This document shows positions 24,752-35,710 of a DNA stretch of 64,000 bases, in pieces. Made by a program: the position numbers and the translations under genes. Numbering within the stretch: position 1 is the first letter of the stretch; the number at the start of each line of letters is the position of its first letter. The stretch comes from Psammoneis japonica (Eukaryota): assembly GCA_008632985.1 (NCBI GenBank), contig QPGO01000062.1, positions 186,001-250,000 of the forward strand, read 5' to 3'. The notes below the pieces were generated by a model that saw only the letters and a program-made list of their open reading frames with translations, was not told where the DNA came from and made no database searches.

Positions 24752-25744
24752 ATGGGAAAAGCCAAAGCCTCCACCGCCACCGCCAAAAAGGCGTTGACCA
24801 AGAAGAAGCAGCCAAAGGCAAAGCGTGTCGTCAAGGACGCCAAGCCTGTCGAGACCGTTCGCCCAAAGAAATCGTCGGACGATTCTTGGAAGAGCGTCAT
24901 GGTTGTCGGCGAACATCCAGAGAACGTCAAACGCATTCACCAAGGCCCGCATCCGGGCATCCAATGGGACTTTTCTCACTTGCACAAGAAAATCACGTCC
25001 TTGTTGATAGAGAATCCCGACAAGGACATTTACGTCGTGGGCGGATCGCCCGAGATGCTGGATTGTAAGACGCAAGTCTTTTCGGCCATTGTTGCCATGC
25101 CCGTCATGCATTTGATTCTCGTCGACAGTGGTCACCAGCCGCCAGAGCTGATTGCCTTGCAAGACTTTCAGCATGGGAAGGAGAAGATTGTCCCGTTTCG
25201 TAACATGAAATTCTCGTGGCAAAGCTTCACGGATTGTCCCACCTTTCAAAACCGTGTCTTTAAGCTCAGGTCTCTTGAACGCGGCGTCGTTCTCAAGACC
25301 AAGAAGGAAGCTGACCTCATTCAAAACGAGTACAGTGGACTCTACATTCAGGTCCCGAGCCGAGACTGGGGGATCGATAAGAACGGCAAACTTGACGTTC
25401 GTCACGCCATGTTTACCTACAAGCCTTCTGCTGATGCAGAACGGATCGACGAAGAGTTTGACAAGGACAGCGGACACCGCCTCAAGCAGTTTATCCCCGA
25501 CTTTGTCGAACGCCACGACCTTGACGAGAGTCACTACGACAAGGTCAAGGCGGCGATTGTTCAAGGTTTTGATCAAGCGCGTGAGTACAAGGCCAAAACG
25601 ATTAGCCTTTTCAAAAACTACGACAAGGATGTGTTGGACAGCATTGAGGTTGTCAAGCTCTACCCCAAGAACAGCTTTGTTCCAGATAGCGCGCATAACT
25701 CTTATGTCAATGCGTACTACCCCAAGGCTTCGTCGACTCTCTAA
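24752..25744 (+). CDS. HIT4: HEAT-INTOLERANT 4 (HIT4)-like protein
   Basis: K-rich N-terminus, then WKSVMVVGEH, WDFSHL, IYVVG, PPELI, EKIVPFRNMKFSW, EY, EFD, KLYP and YVNAYYPKA..L, colinear with Arabidopsis HIT4 motifs as recalled (VGTEW, WDF, PPSDKIG, IIPMKKMKMDW, KFYP, FINRYYGKA). Confidence 0.75.
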   Translation: MGKAKASTATAKKALTKKKQPKAKRVVKDAKPVETVRPKKSSDDSWKSVMVVGEHPENVKRIHQGPHPGIQWDFSHLHKKITSLLIENPDKDIYVVGGSPEMLDCKTQVFSAIVAMPVMHLILVDSGHQPPELIALQDFQHGKEKIVPFRNMKFSWQSFTDCPTFQNRVFKLRSLERGVVLKTKKEADLIQNEYSGLYIQVPSRDWGIDKNGKLDVRHAMFTYKPSADAERIDEEFDKDSGHRLKQFIPDFVERHDLDESHYDKVKAAIVQGFDQAREYKAKTISLFKNYDKDVLDSIEVVKLYPKNSFVPDSAHNSYVNAYYPKASSTL

Positions 25745-25872
25745 AGCCGCTGTAGTGCTGCCAAGAATGTTGCGGAGTGGTGCTCATTGTCTGACACCAC
25801 GTCGTCGATTCTCTAAAGCCGTTGTAGTGCTACCAAGAATGTTGCGGAGTGGTACTCATTGTCTGACACCAC
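25731..25872. repeat. 72-bp tandem duplication spanning the HIT4-like stop codon and 3'UTR
   Basis: cgtcga.tctctaaagccg.tgtagtgct.ccaagaatgttgcggagtggt.ctcattgtctgacaccac at 25731 and 25803. Confidence 0.92.
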
Positions 25873-25983
25873 TCAATTGTTCCTTCCTTTTGGCGAAATA
25901 ACTATTGGAAGCATAATTAGTTTAGTAGATACGTTGTTTTGAAATACTTTTGCGAGTCCATGTGCTGTAGCTACTTTTTTGTA

Positions 25984-28134
25984 TCAAATCACATTTCGCT
26001 CTTCTGGAGAAGCATTACGCCGATTAATGAGAGCCCGTGGGTAATACTTTTTCAGCATGTACTCGAATTCATCTATCGCGATGGAACCATCCCGATTGTA
26101 ATCTAAATCATGCACAAGACCAGCAATCTCATCCACCGTGAATCCTACTTGCAGCGCGTCTACCCGACTCTTAAACTCGCTCAAGGTAATGAGACCATCC
26201 CCATCTTCATCAAAGAGTACAAAGAGCTCCTTGGCTTGCTCCTCCATTGTTCCAATAGTATGGTCCGAATACCAGTCCAAAAATTCCTGGCGAGTCACGT
26301 GCCCATCACCGTTTGCGTCTAATTCCAGTATCATCTGTTTGCGTCTCTCACTTGTCAACGAGATTCCCAATTTCGTAAAGAAAAGATCAAGCTCATTATA
26401 CGTAAGAGATCTATCGGCAGATAGATGTGTGAGAAGCCGTGTAGCTTCACTGAGCTCAAGGTTTGTGTAGGATCTGGATACGGTTTCCGAGTTGTCATGT
26501 TCACAAGTCGCGTGTCGATGAATTGCGCAAATGAATAATAGCGTACGAATCGCTTCATGTGTTTTCATCTCTCGTACCACGGCGGCAACCACATGCAGAT
26601 TTCGATGAGGACCCAGAGAAAGACATTGCGTGAGCGTGGCAACCAGGCGCTTCTTGTTGTACGTAAGGCCAAAGACAGGCAACGATGCCAGTGCAGTGTA
26701 GACAATCGTGACTACCAGTTGACCTTGAGATAAAACAGTGGGGACATAGGCGAGGACCAAGCAAGCAACGTAAAGTCCCGTAAAGACGAGATTCATTTGA
26801 AGAATGAGCAAATACAGCTCTGATCCACCACTATTCAACCAGAGAGAAACTCGACGTCCAAATGGCACGCCACAGATACACGTTTGCATGCAAGGGCTGT
26901 AAGTAACGTTTAGGACGCCACTGGCATCATCCTCTTTCATTCCAAGCCACTGTGGCAACTCATCTGGGTCTGGTGCGTCCAGAAGCAGAGCGGATTGTTT
27001 CCTTGACTGCTGATACGTCATGATTTGGGCCTGTGAATCTTGGCGAAACATACTTAGCAATCCCGTCGGAAGGTACGAGTCTCGCAATTCCTTCAAGTGG
27101 CGCTCGAACACAATGTTAAATAAGAAAACTGCCCATCCAATTCCTACCCAAACCCAAGCTAACGTATAAGGGTGACGTAGCCACAGTCCCAACACATAAA
27201 ACAGACTTGTCACAATGGCAAAGCAGATCCAACCCGTTTCCTCCACATCGATTACTTTCGTCAAAATATCAATCTGGCACAGCGCCAAGTACCGTCCAAA
27301 GAAAAAGTCCTTCGAGAGCCGACTCTCAGGTGATAGAGGTCGAAAAGGAAATTTTGATGAGCGCTCCAATAGGAACTCATTTCGCAACGCCGTAAAGACA
27401 ATTTGATCGCGTTCACGCTCTTCGTTTCGGTTAACCAATTGCGGGAATAACCATGTGTACCACCGTGCTCGCCTCAAATGCTTGAACCCTTCTTTCTCAT
27501 GTTGTGAATAAACAGAGGGATAGTTGCTATGTTTCTTTAGTTCAGCTTCTTGGAGCCCTTCACGGCAATGCTGTTCCATCGCAACCCATTGTTGTTCAGT
27601 CATTTCGGCTGCTCCCATGAGCACCCACACTTGAATGACAAAGAACACCATGATGCAAAAAAGAGCATAGTGAACGTATTCAAGATACTCTTCGAGTTCC
27701 TCTTCATCGATTGCAGAAGATGTTTCTTCTAATGCAGGCTGCGCGACGAATATAATCATGGCGAGAAAGCCAAGTACGGTCAACTCCCCGAAGATTCTTT
27801 CGACAATGACAATCTTTTCAGGGGCCACAATATGCTCTAGGAAATTCTTTCCTTTTTCAAAGAGAATCGAGAAAGCAATCATAATGAGCACAATACAAAC
27901 AATGACCGTCAAGTCGGTGGATGTAAAGTCGTCTTCATGGCCGGCTTCTTCGCCATCAGCGTCGTGTTCATTGTAACCGGCATTTTCTTCCAAGTGGCGC
28001 GATCGGACAGGACGAAACGGTGAGCTGAAAAGAAGGATAAAGCCCACCGATGAAAGAAGCAGCGTCATTATTATCGTTGACAAGGACCGTCTGCAGCGCG
28101 TTGCTGATGGTGGCACCATCGTTGTATTTCGCAT
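25984..28134 (-). CDS. MLO-like multi-pass membrane protein with C-terminal EF-hands
   Basis: IVCIVLIMIAFSILFE...IFGELTVLGFLAMIIF...VHYALF...W..ME...FFFGRYL resembles the MLO TM1-TM3 pattern. EF-hands: DANGDGHVTRQE, DEDGDGLITLSE, DYNRDGSIAIDE. The ORF is open to 28257. Confidence 0.78.
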   Translation of the reverse strand: MRNTTMVPPSATRCRRSLSTIIMTLLLSSVGFILLFSSPFRPVRSRHLEENAGYNEHDADGEEAGHEDDFTSTDLTVIVCIVLIMIAFSILFEKGKNFLEHIVAPEKIVIVERIFGELTVLGFLAMIIFVAQPALEETSSAIDEEELEEYLEYVHYALFCIMVFFVIQVWVLMGAAEMTEQQWVAMEQHCREGLQEAELKKHSNYPSVYSQHEKEGFKHLRRARWYTWLFPQLVNRNEERERDQIVFTALRNEFLLERSSKFPFRPLSPESRLSKDFFFGRYLALCQIDILTKVIDVEETGWICFAIVTSLFYVLGLWLRHPYTLAWVWVGIGWAVFLFNIVFERHLKELRDSYLPTGLLSMFRQDSQAQIMTYQQSRKQSALLLDAPDPDELPQWLGMKEDDASGVLNVTYSPCMQTCICGVPFGRRVSLWLNSGGSELYLLILQMNLVFTGLYVACLVLAYVPTVLSQGQLVVTIVYTALASLPVFGLTYNKKRLVATLTQCLSLGPHRNLHVVAAVVREMKTHEAIRTLLFICAIHRHATCEHDNSETVSRSYTNLELSEATRLLTHLSADRSLTYNELDLFFTKLGISLTSERRKQMILELDANGDGHVTRQEFLDWYSDHTIGTMEEQAKELFVLFDEDGDGLITLSEFKSRVDALQVGFTVDEIAGLVHDLDYNRDGSIAIDEFEYMLKKYYPRALINRRNASPEERNVI

Positions 28135-28392
28135 CACTCCCAGCTTGGGAGGTCTGTAATGGGAGATGATGTTGTGAGCGAGAAAGAAGCGGAACAAGCG
28201 AGGTTCAACAGTCATAAACGTCTCGGAAAGCACGCACTCTACTTCAAGTGATTTCATAAGACGCGAATAATGGAAAAATATGTCCTTTTAACATTCTGGA
28301 TATAAATATAATCCCTGATTCAATCGCCGACTGGCATCAACGATAAAAGACATCTTCAATCTCGCTCTCTTACTCTCTAAAAAATGTATCAT

Positions 28393-28510
28393 TAGCTCTA
28401 TCTACTTCTCACTCCCGGCTTGGGAGGTCTGTAATTGATAGCTACTAGCTACGGTAGTAGCTACTAGTAGCATGGTACTCCTAGCTCTAGAGTACCTCTA
28501 CTCTAGAGGT
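28393..28510. repeat. CTAG/TAG-rich intergenic island
   Basis: gctactagct...ctactagtag...ctagctctagag...ctctactctagag. Confidence 0.7.
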
Positions 28511-28598
28511 CCTCGTCTCAGGTCTCTAAACCTAACCTGTTAGACGATTACCTCCCTACTGTGACTAGGGCTACCAGATAATCTGGTATGAGCTATCT

Positions 28599-30577
28599 TT
28601 AATTGGAATGATCCTTGGTCCATACATTCATTGCATCCTCCAATCGCTTGAGAATCGTTTCTTCACTCAGCTCCTTGATAACGGTATCATCTTGCATGTT
28701 GCATCGTCTAGCGCGGACTCGCAACTCGTCGTTAGCGGTAACTTCTACAACGACTTCAATTCCGCCCTCCTTCTTTTGTCGCTTTGGTGTTGGAGTACTT
28801 GTGGTGCTTGAGGATGATGATTGGGTGGCGCCCGAGGACGACATTTCACGTTCTCGGGCACGCTCTTCGGATTTGGATTGGTACGCGCTTCCAGTCTTTG
28901 TAGGCAAAAATAGCAAGCGAACTCCATAACGTTCCTTGACGGGATATGTATCTGAATACGATGCGAGTTCGGTTCGAATTGGTGTTGTGAGACGTTTGTT
29001 TTCCTGAAGTAGTTCGCCCCACTCGCTTAGATACTCCACCAACTGCTCCTTGCGACCAACTACTTTTTCGAGTCTCCATAGTTCGGGTCCATCCAGCTTT
29101 AAGAATTCTTCATCCCACTCTTGATCAGAGACAGACCCGCTTCCAACAGCGCACAGAGTCGCATTTCGTGCTGCGGGTTGAAACGCAATGGCTTGTAGCA
29201 AGACTTGAGCAGCCATGTCAGACGTAGTAGTACCATCCAGCACATCTCCAGGAGCCATTTCAAATTCGCCAGGAGAACCATCCTTGATTTCTCCCAATTT
29301 GACAATAGTGTAGTCCAAGGGTGGCTCACTCATGTGCCGTTTCACTGTACTAATTGTGGCTTCCTCCATTTGTCGCCGCTTCTCTAACTTTCCGCCCATG
29401 AGGTTCTGCATGGAGTATGGGAACTTGTCTGTCCGTTCTGTACCCAGAGTAGAAATGCACACGAGTTGGGTGGGCGGCTTGTTCACTTGGCCCTCGGACA
29501 GTGTTCTCCGCAATGCACGACTGTACATGTTGCCCAAACTAGAAGCGTCCGAGAGACTGGTGGCAAACGCAACCAAAACCAAAGCATTGTCAGCGCCCAA
29601 AGGCATGGTTGTTGTCGGTTTTATCGTCTGGACCTGTAAACCTGGAATGCCTTCTTCTAATTTCGCAACGAGCGACGGCATTACTTGTTTGGCAAGAGGA
29701 TCCTGTATTGTTTGAAGAGGTGGAAGAACGTTTAGGCAAGACAACTTCAAAACTCGGCAATCACGAGGACTTTAGTCTTTTTTTTACGTACCGACGATTC
29801 ATCCGCAACAATCAAGATTCTATTTTCCGTCACTACTGCTTCAGATTCGTCATCTTGTGGTGTCTTGCCTTCTTGTTTGTTGGTAGCAGCATCAACACTG
29901 CCAAGCAAACCACTGCCTGAACTTGTAGTAACTACTGCATCCCCAACGGTACCCCACGCCCCCATTTCCAACCCCTTATCCTTCATGCTGGAATCAGCCT
30001 TGGCCGCCATTTTGGTACCCTTTCGTGATTTTTCAGTAGATGATAAAAATCCTTCTGCCATTTTATCAATTTTGCTCATGAGCTTTTCGGATTCTTTTTG
30101 CGCATTCAATTCGGATGCAAAGTCCATGGCCTTTTTCGATTTGTTCAAGTCTCGCGTCATTTTGCTCCTCAACTTTTCGATTTCTTCGAGTCCCTTTGAA
30201 AATTCCTTATTGATGACTTCTGTGGCTTCGTCCTTGAGTTCTTGTGCTTGCTCTGGCGTGAGCGGTTCCAACTGCGCTCCAATGTCAATACCCAATTTCG
30301 GTGTCTCACTATTATCATTCCAATCGGTAGAAGGATCAGGAGTAATATTATCACTACCTTCTGCGTTCTTCAAGAGGTCATCATAATCGACATCATCGTC
30401 CCAATTCTCTTGATCGTTGTTGTCAGTGAGGAAACGACGCCAGACACGTGTTCTCGTGTCTCTGCATGATGACGGTCGTGAGATCAGCGGGACTTGACGG
30501 TTTGAAACAAACGCTTGAACAGACTCAATGGCAAGAAGCAACGCCAAAGCTTTACAAATGTGCATGTTGAAAGACAT
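28599..30577 (-). CDS. Plastid-targeted hypothetical protein with NAD(P)-binding-like segment; exons 30577-29792 and 29702-28599
   Basis: Signal peptide ending VQA-F; GTACGT...TACAG intron 29791-29703; ISTLGTERTDKFPYS...LDYTIVKLG resembles the C-terminal half of atypical SDR domains. Confidence 0.72.
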
Positions 30578-30846
30578 AATCTCGAAGTTTTATGGCATTC
30601 ACTGTTACTGTTGGCATTCTTCGCTGTCGCCATGTGACGAGAAGTGAGAAAGCAACAGCGAGGAGCCGGATCCCGGATCTTCAAGAAAGGAAAGATCCCG
30701 TCGTACTTCGTACTAAGGTTTGCGTAGAAGCTACACAACGGATGAAACAATGATAATTAGTACGGTGTGCTTAGAGACATACGAGTACCGATACCTAGAT
30801 CGATAGATCGATCGCGATCGATCGATCGAGCGAAGGACCGACCGAC

Positions 30847-31084
30847 AGCAAACAGATACCGGCCGGTACGTAGGTAGGCTTCACTTTGTTTTAGTCCTTA
30901 CTAACTCTTACCCAACAAGCAACAGTCTCACTACTTTTTTAAGCACTTGTCTTGACACGCTCTGCCAGCTACTACATGTTGTAGAGCAAACAGATATGCT
31001 TCACTTTGTTTTAGTCCTTTTACTAACTCTCACCCAACAAGAAACAGTCTCACTATGTTTTTTAAGCACTTGCCTTGACACGCT
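30847..31084. repeat. Tandem duplication (about 100 bp) of the CYP51 stop codon and 3'UTR
   Basis: agcaaacagata...gcttcactttgttttagtcc...taagcacttg.cttgacacgct at 30847-30961 and 30985-31084. Confidence 0.88.
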
Positions 31085-32663
31085 TCTTGTATCTCACACG
31101 ACAATCTCCTTTTGGTCCCACAACCATGGCTTCATAGTCAATATCCGGCATTTCATCCGCCACCATTTCGATTTCATATTCGCGAAAAAGCACGGATAGA
31201 ATTGTCTTGACTTGCAAATAGCCAAACACTTGTCCCATGCACGAGTGCATGCCCCCACCAAACGCCAGATAGGCATAGGGAATCTTGTGTTCTTCTCGTC
31301 CGGGTCCGTACCGATCGGGATCAAACTCGGTGGGTTTCGGAAAGACGTCCGGAAGCCGCATGCCGACACTGGGCGACACGCCCACCATGTCGTTTTTGGG
31401 AATGACGTATTTTTTGCCCTCCACCTCGACGGGAATGTCCACCATGGCCTTTCGAAAGAGCAAAATCAAGGGCGGACAGAGCCGGAGTGCCTCGCGCATG
31501 CAATCGTGCAAGAGTTGCATCTGACCCACTTGCTCATTAGTCAATTCTTCCTCCGTACTACTACTGTCGCCGCCCACGAGCTCGTCCTGTTCTTGGATGA
31601 TACGCTTCATAATGTCAGGATTGTGTGCAATAAACAAAGTCGTCCACGTCGAAGTCATACACGACGTGTGTTGTCCCGCAAACAAGAGCGCAATCAAGAG
31701 TCCCGTCACTTGCTCATCGGTAATTTTGGTCCCATCCTTGTATTGGATTTCCATAAAAATCGACAAAATATCGGTCCCATCCGAAGCATCCGGATCGTTC
31801 CGACGGTTCTCAATCACTTTGGAAAACAATTCCACCATTTGTTCCCGTGCCTTGTTGCGTCGGGCGTGTGCTTTCGTCGGAGCGTTGGGCCAAAAGACCG
31901 TCAGGGGAGTCAAACCTTCATCCAAGTCGTGATAGAGACGACTCACTTCCTTGAATACCTTTTCTCGAACATCATTTCCGTGCAAACACCGACTGGCCGT
32001 CAAAATGGTTAATTCCGATAACGCATGAAGCAAATCAATTTCTCCCTCCTCGCCCCAGTCTTTGAGGAACAAGCGTGTTTCGCGTTCAATTTTGGGAACA
32101 TAAGACTTTAAACGGGCAGCACGCAAACCGTTGGCCATGCTTTGGAATTGTACTTGACGGTTCTTCTTGGGAGCGTCGTACACCACGTCGGGACCAAACA
32201 CATGCGTCATGAAATCATACACTTCATTCTGAGAAAGAACGTCATCGTTGGCCTTGCAAAAGACTTTTTGAGCAGACGGGCCAACGAGGAATGTAAGGCG
32301 CTTGTTGAGAATCTGAGTTGTGTGTGTAGAGAAGAGCGTGCTGTTGTTAGACTATAATTGAATCATGTCTCAATTCCATATTCACAACAAAATACGTACA
32401 GGAACAGTATAGATTGGACCATAATCCTCATAACATCGACGAATCATTTTTACGGGACTCTTTCCAAACTCCATCGCCATGCCGAGATAGGGAACCGGAA
32501 CGACAGGAGACGACAACACCATGGGTGGAGCATTGCGTCCTCCTCGGCGTGGTCGAATTAGTAGCCAAACTACAAACAAAATTCCAATACCGTACAAGAC
32601 GACGGGATTGTTGCACCATGGTGGCAACGTGTCGAGAAGCTCGTTGAGCATCATCGCCGTCAT
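31062..32663 (-). CDS. CYP51: Sterol 14-alpha-demethylase (cytochrome P450 51); intron 32399-32313
   Basis: N-terminal TM anchor, VFGPDVVYDAP, I-helix LLFAGQHTS, EALR, heme motif FGGGMHSCMG. Confidence 0.96.
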
Positions 32664-33031
32664 TGTTGGTTATTTTTGTGGAGGCGTGCGTGGCCGCAAA
32701 AAATGCGAATAAATGAGCATCTCTAATTTGATACTGGATTTCCCGCGCAATTCTACGTAATTGGTAGTATGACATACACGTAAAGCAATCTCAACGGAAA
32801 TGAACTATGAAAAGACTATGTGATTGTATATGAATATTGAAATTTCGAAAAACAGTCACAGTGAGCGTCTGGTTGATGGTACGGTAAGGTTATCTTTTCC
32901 TGCTTTCTCACCTTGTTTCGAAAGCGTTCTCGCCATGCGATTGTGGGTTTGCGTTGATTCTGCCTTTGCCACAATAAAATAATTAGATACATTCATCACT
33001 GCTGTTGTTTCAAGAAATACAAAAAGAAAAA

Positions 33032-34453
33032 ATGAGACAGGACGACGAGTTGCAATTGGCCGCTAAACTAGCTGCCAACCACGTGGATGCGATGGATTCA
33101 CTCGGCATTATTCAAGAGAACGATCCAACGGTGCTTCGGGAACATTTGGTCAAGGAATTACAAGACGAGGGAATAGTAGCAGAACAAGTCATTTCCGAAC
33201 TACACAGAGATGCTTCTCCCGGAATCATGAATACCGGCAGTGGCCGCTTTTTTGGTTTTGTCATTGGCGGAGCGCTGCCCGTGACGATTGCGACCGAATT
33301 TCTCGTGGCAGCGTGGGATCAAAACGCCGGTGCCTACTTTGCATCGCCGTCTGCCGCCATTGTGGAAGAAGTTGCTGGAGCATGGCTCAAGGATTTGTTG
33401 AATCTCCCAACGGAAGTGTCGTTTGCATTTGTGACGGGGTGCCAGACGGCGCATCTTGTGGGACTGGCTGCGGCGAGGCATTACTTATTATCCAAAAATA
33501 AGGGGTGGAATGTGGAACAAGATGGTTTGTTTGGAGCGCCACGGATTCGTGTCATTGTCGGTGAGCATCATCATGAAACATTGATTCGGGCTATGCGCTT
33601 TTTAGGACTGGGAGCAAAGGCGTTGGTGCAAGTCGAGTCGTGTCCCGAAAGTGGAACAATCAATGTGGACAGTCTACAACAAGAGCTCGACAAGGATCCA
33701 GATTGCTGCACGATTGTTGCATTGGCAGCAGGTGACCTAAATCGTGGCAACTTTGATCCCTTTGAACAAGTTTGTGAGATTGCCCATGCCCGCGGTGCGT
33801 GGGTTCACGTGGATGGCGCATTTGGTTTGTGGGCGGCAGCATCTCCCAAGTTCCAGCACTTGACCAAGGGCATGGAGCTGGCAGATTCGTGGGCCACCGA
33901 CGCACATAAAATTCTCAATGTTCCACAAGATTCGGGCATTGTATTTTGTCGTCACGACGAGGCACACAAGGCGAGCATGTCGATTTATGCTCCATACGCG
34001 GTGGAACATGATAGCACGCACGTCGTGCGGGATCAATACCAATGGGGACCCGATTGGTCGCGACGCGGACGAGGCTTTGCAGTCTATGCAGCTTTGCGGC
34101 ATTTGGGACGCAAGGGTGTTGGACAGTTGGTGGAACAGTATTGTGACTTGGCTGCTGCGCTTGTGGAGTCTTTGGGAGAGTTGGAGGGTGTAGAGGTGTT
34201 GTCGAAACCAGTATTCAATCAGGGTCTTGTTCGGTTCTTGGATCCAAATCATGGAAATCATGATGAATACACTGACAAGGTTGTGGATAAGATCAACGAG
34301 TCGGGTGAGGTATGGTTTGGAGCTACGAGTTGGCGAGAAATGAGAGTGATGCGGATTTCGGTTTGCAGTCACCGCACCACTGAAAAGGACATTGATAGAG
34401 CTGTTCAAATCATCAAACGTGCGTTGGCTAGTGCCGAAAATGGTAAAATGTAA
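33032..34453 (+). CDS. Group II PLP-dependent (aromatic amino-acid-type) decarboxylase, intronless
   Basis: GRFFGFVIGG, WDQNA, WVHVDGAFG, ADSWATDAHK (PLP lysine), WSRRGRG. Confidence 0.92.
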   Translation: MRQDDELQLAAKLAANHVDAMDSLGIIQENDPTVLREHLVKELQDEGIVAEQVISELHRDASPGIMNTGSGRFFGFVIGGALPVTIATEFLVAAWDQNAGAYFASPSAAIVEEVAGAWLKDLLNLPTEVSFAFVTGCQTAHLVGLAAARHYLLSKNKGWNVEQDGLFGAPRIRVIVGEHHHETLIRAMRFLGLGAKALVQVESCPESGTINVDSLQQELDKDPDCCTIVALAAGDLNRGNFDPFEQVCEIAHARGAWVHVDGAFGLWAAASPKFQHLTKGMELADSWATDAHKILNVPQDSGIVFCRHDEAHKASMSIYAPYAVEHDSTHVVRDQYQWGPDWSRRGRGFAVYAALRHLGRKGVGQLVEQYCDLAAALVESLGELEGVEVLSKPVFNQGLVRFLDPNHGNHDEYTDKVVDKINESGEVWFGATSWREMRVMRISVCSHRTTEKDIDRAVQIIKRALASAENGKM

Positions 34454-34954
34454 AACCAACTGTAGTTTATTTCTAATGAATCTACGATAGAGCTTCCAAC
34501 GTGAAGCTGAACCTTATATTTTTCTGACGGTGCTGTATCTCAATCTGATCCACGGGGATCAAACGAATAAGCGCCCTTTCAAGGATCTGGTGGCAGCTGT
34601 GATTTTACCCGTTTCAAGAAGAATAGCATTCAAACACGGTAGCAACCGCCAGAGATGCACCCGGATTAGGGACCGGACTTGAGCGAGAGCGCATTTCCAT
34701 GTTGTCCTCATCTGGTAGAAAAGAACGGCAGGCTACACTCGCTCTACAGAGTGGCCTCTGAGTTGCATAGCGCGCTACAGTACCTGTACAGATTTACAGA
34801 GATACTATTCTGGTATTCGACCACCATACAGCAACTTTTTCTGGAGGGAAGAAGAGTAGAATACTGTAGGTAATTACACGCTCTAACTCTGAATATCACA
34901 GTAGGCATACTCTAAACTTTTACAGTTCTAGCATCCGTCCTTCTGTACTATCGT

Positions 34955-34955
<1 letters not shown>

Positions 34956-35004
<49 letters not shown>

Positions 35005-35015
35005 GTACACGTGGA

Positions 35016-35074
<59 letters not shown>
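34956..35074. repeat. A48 - CGTACACGTGGACC - T57 fold-back
   Basis: Read directly from the sequence; the spacer is a near-palindrome centred on CACGTG. Confidence 0.9.
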
Positions 35075-35077
<3 letters not shown>

Positions 35078-35215
35078 GCGGGCACCAGGCCTTTTGAAGT
35101 CCAGCACCACACAAATAATGATGCGTTGGAGAAAAGGAGGTGGAGTCTCCACCATAGATTGCCCAAGTTTGTGAAGTTTGAGTATTCGGACTGCGGGCGC
35201 TGCGGAACGATAGGA

Positions 35216-35710
35216 TTAGGTATCGAGACTTGGAAATTCGTTCAAAGCCTCCTCCCGCTGTTGTTCCACGGTGTAACGAAAGACTTGCCGCCCTCATCAA
35301 TTCTTCATCCTCCGTAACAGAGAGTTGCAGAAACAAACGAGCCATGGCCAGCATCGTGAGTTGAAACCGTGATGCCAGTCGACAGTATCAACTGAATGGA
35401 GGTCCTCCGCGTCCTTCAGAAACTGCTCAACCTTCTTCTCGTCGCCTTTCCAACCCTTTGTGATCATGTCCAGTTTTTCAGAATCCTCCAAGTTACTTCG
35501 CGCATACCAAACAAGCCTGTCATAGTAGTCGGCCTTGTCGCCGCTGTGCTCCTGGATGACATTCAATGCCTCACGGAGCTTGCGGTTCTCCTCGCGGAGG
35601 CGGTCAATCTCTTCACTCTCTTGGTGTGCGGCCACCACATTCAAGGCGGCTGAACCCGTCGGAGCAGCGGGTTTCTTGGGGTTTTTCTTGCTTTTCTTTC
35701 TTGGAGACAT
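35216..35710 (-). pseudogene. Small hypothetical protein (DWHHGFNS.MLA...EALNEFPSLDT*), frameshifted
   Basis: N-terminal frame RLVWYARS...DWHHGFNS; MLAMARLF lies in a second frame and the C-terminus EQQREEALNEFPSLDT* is back in the first frame. Pseudogene or indel errors. Confidence 0.55.

Noticed and set aside
24680..25696. 338-aa antisense ORF over the HIT4-like gene (likewise antisense ORFs over CYP51, argD and BTB)
   Set aside because: Shadow of biased codon usage on the coding strand; no motifs.
34928..35166. Poly-Lys/poly-Phe ORFs
   Set aside because: Translations of homopolymer runs.
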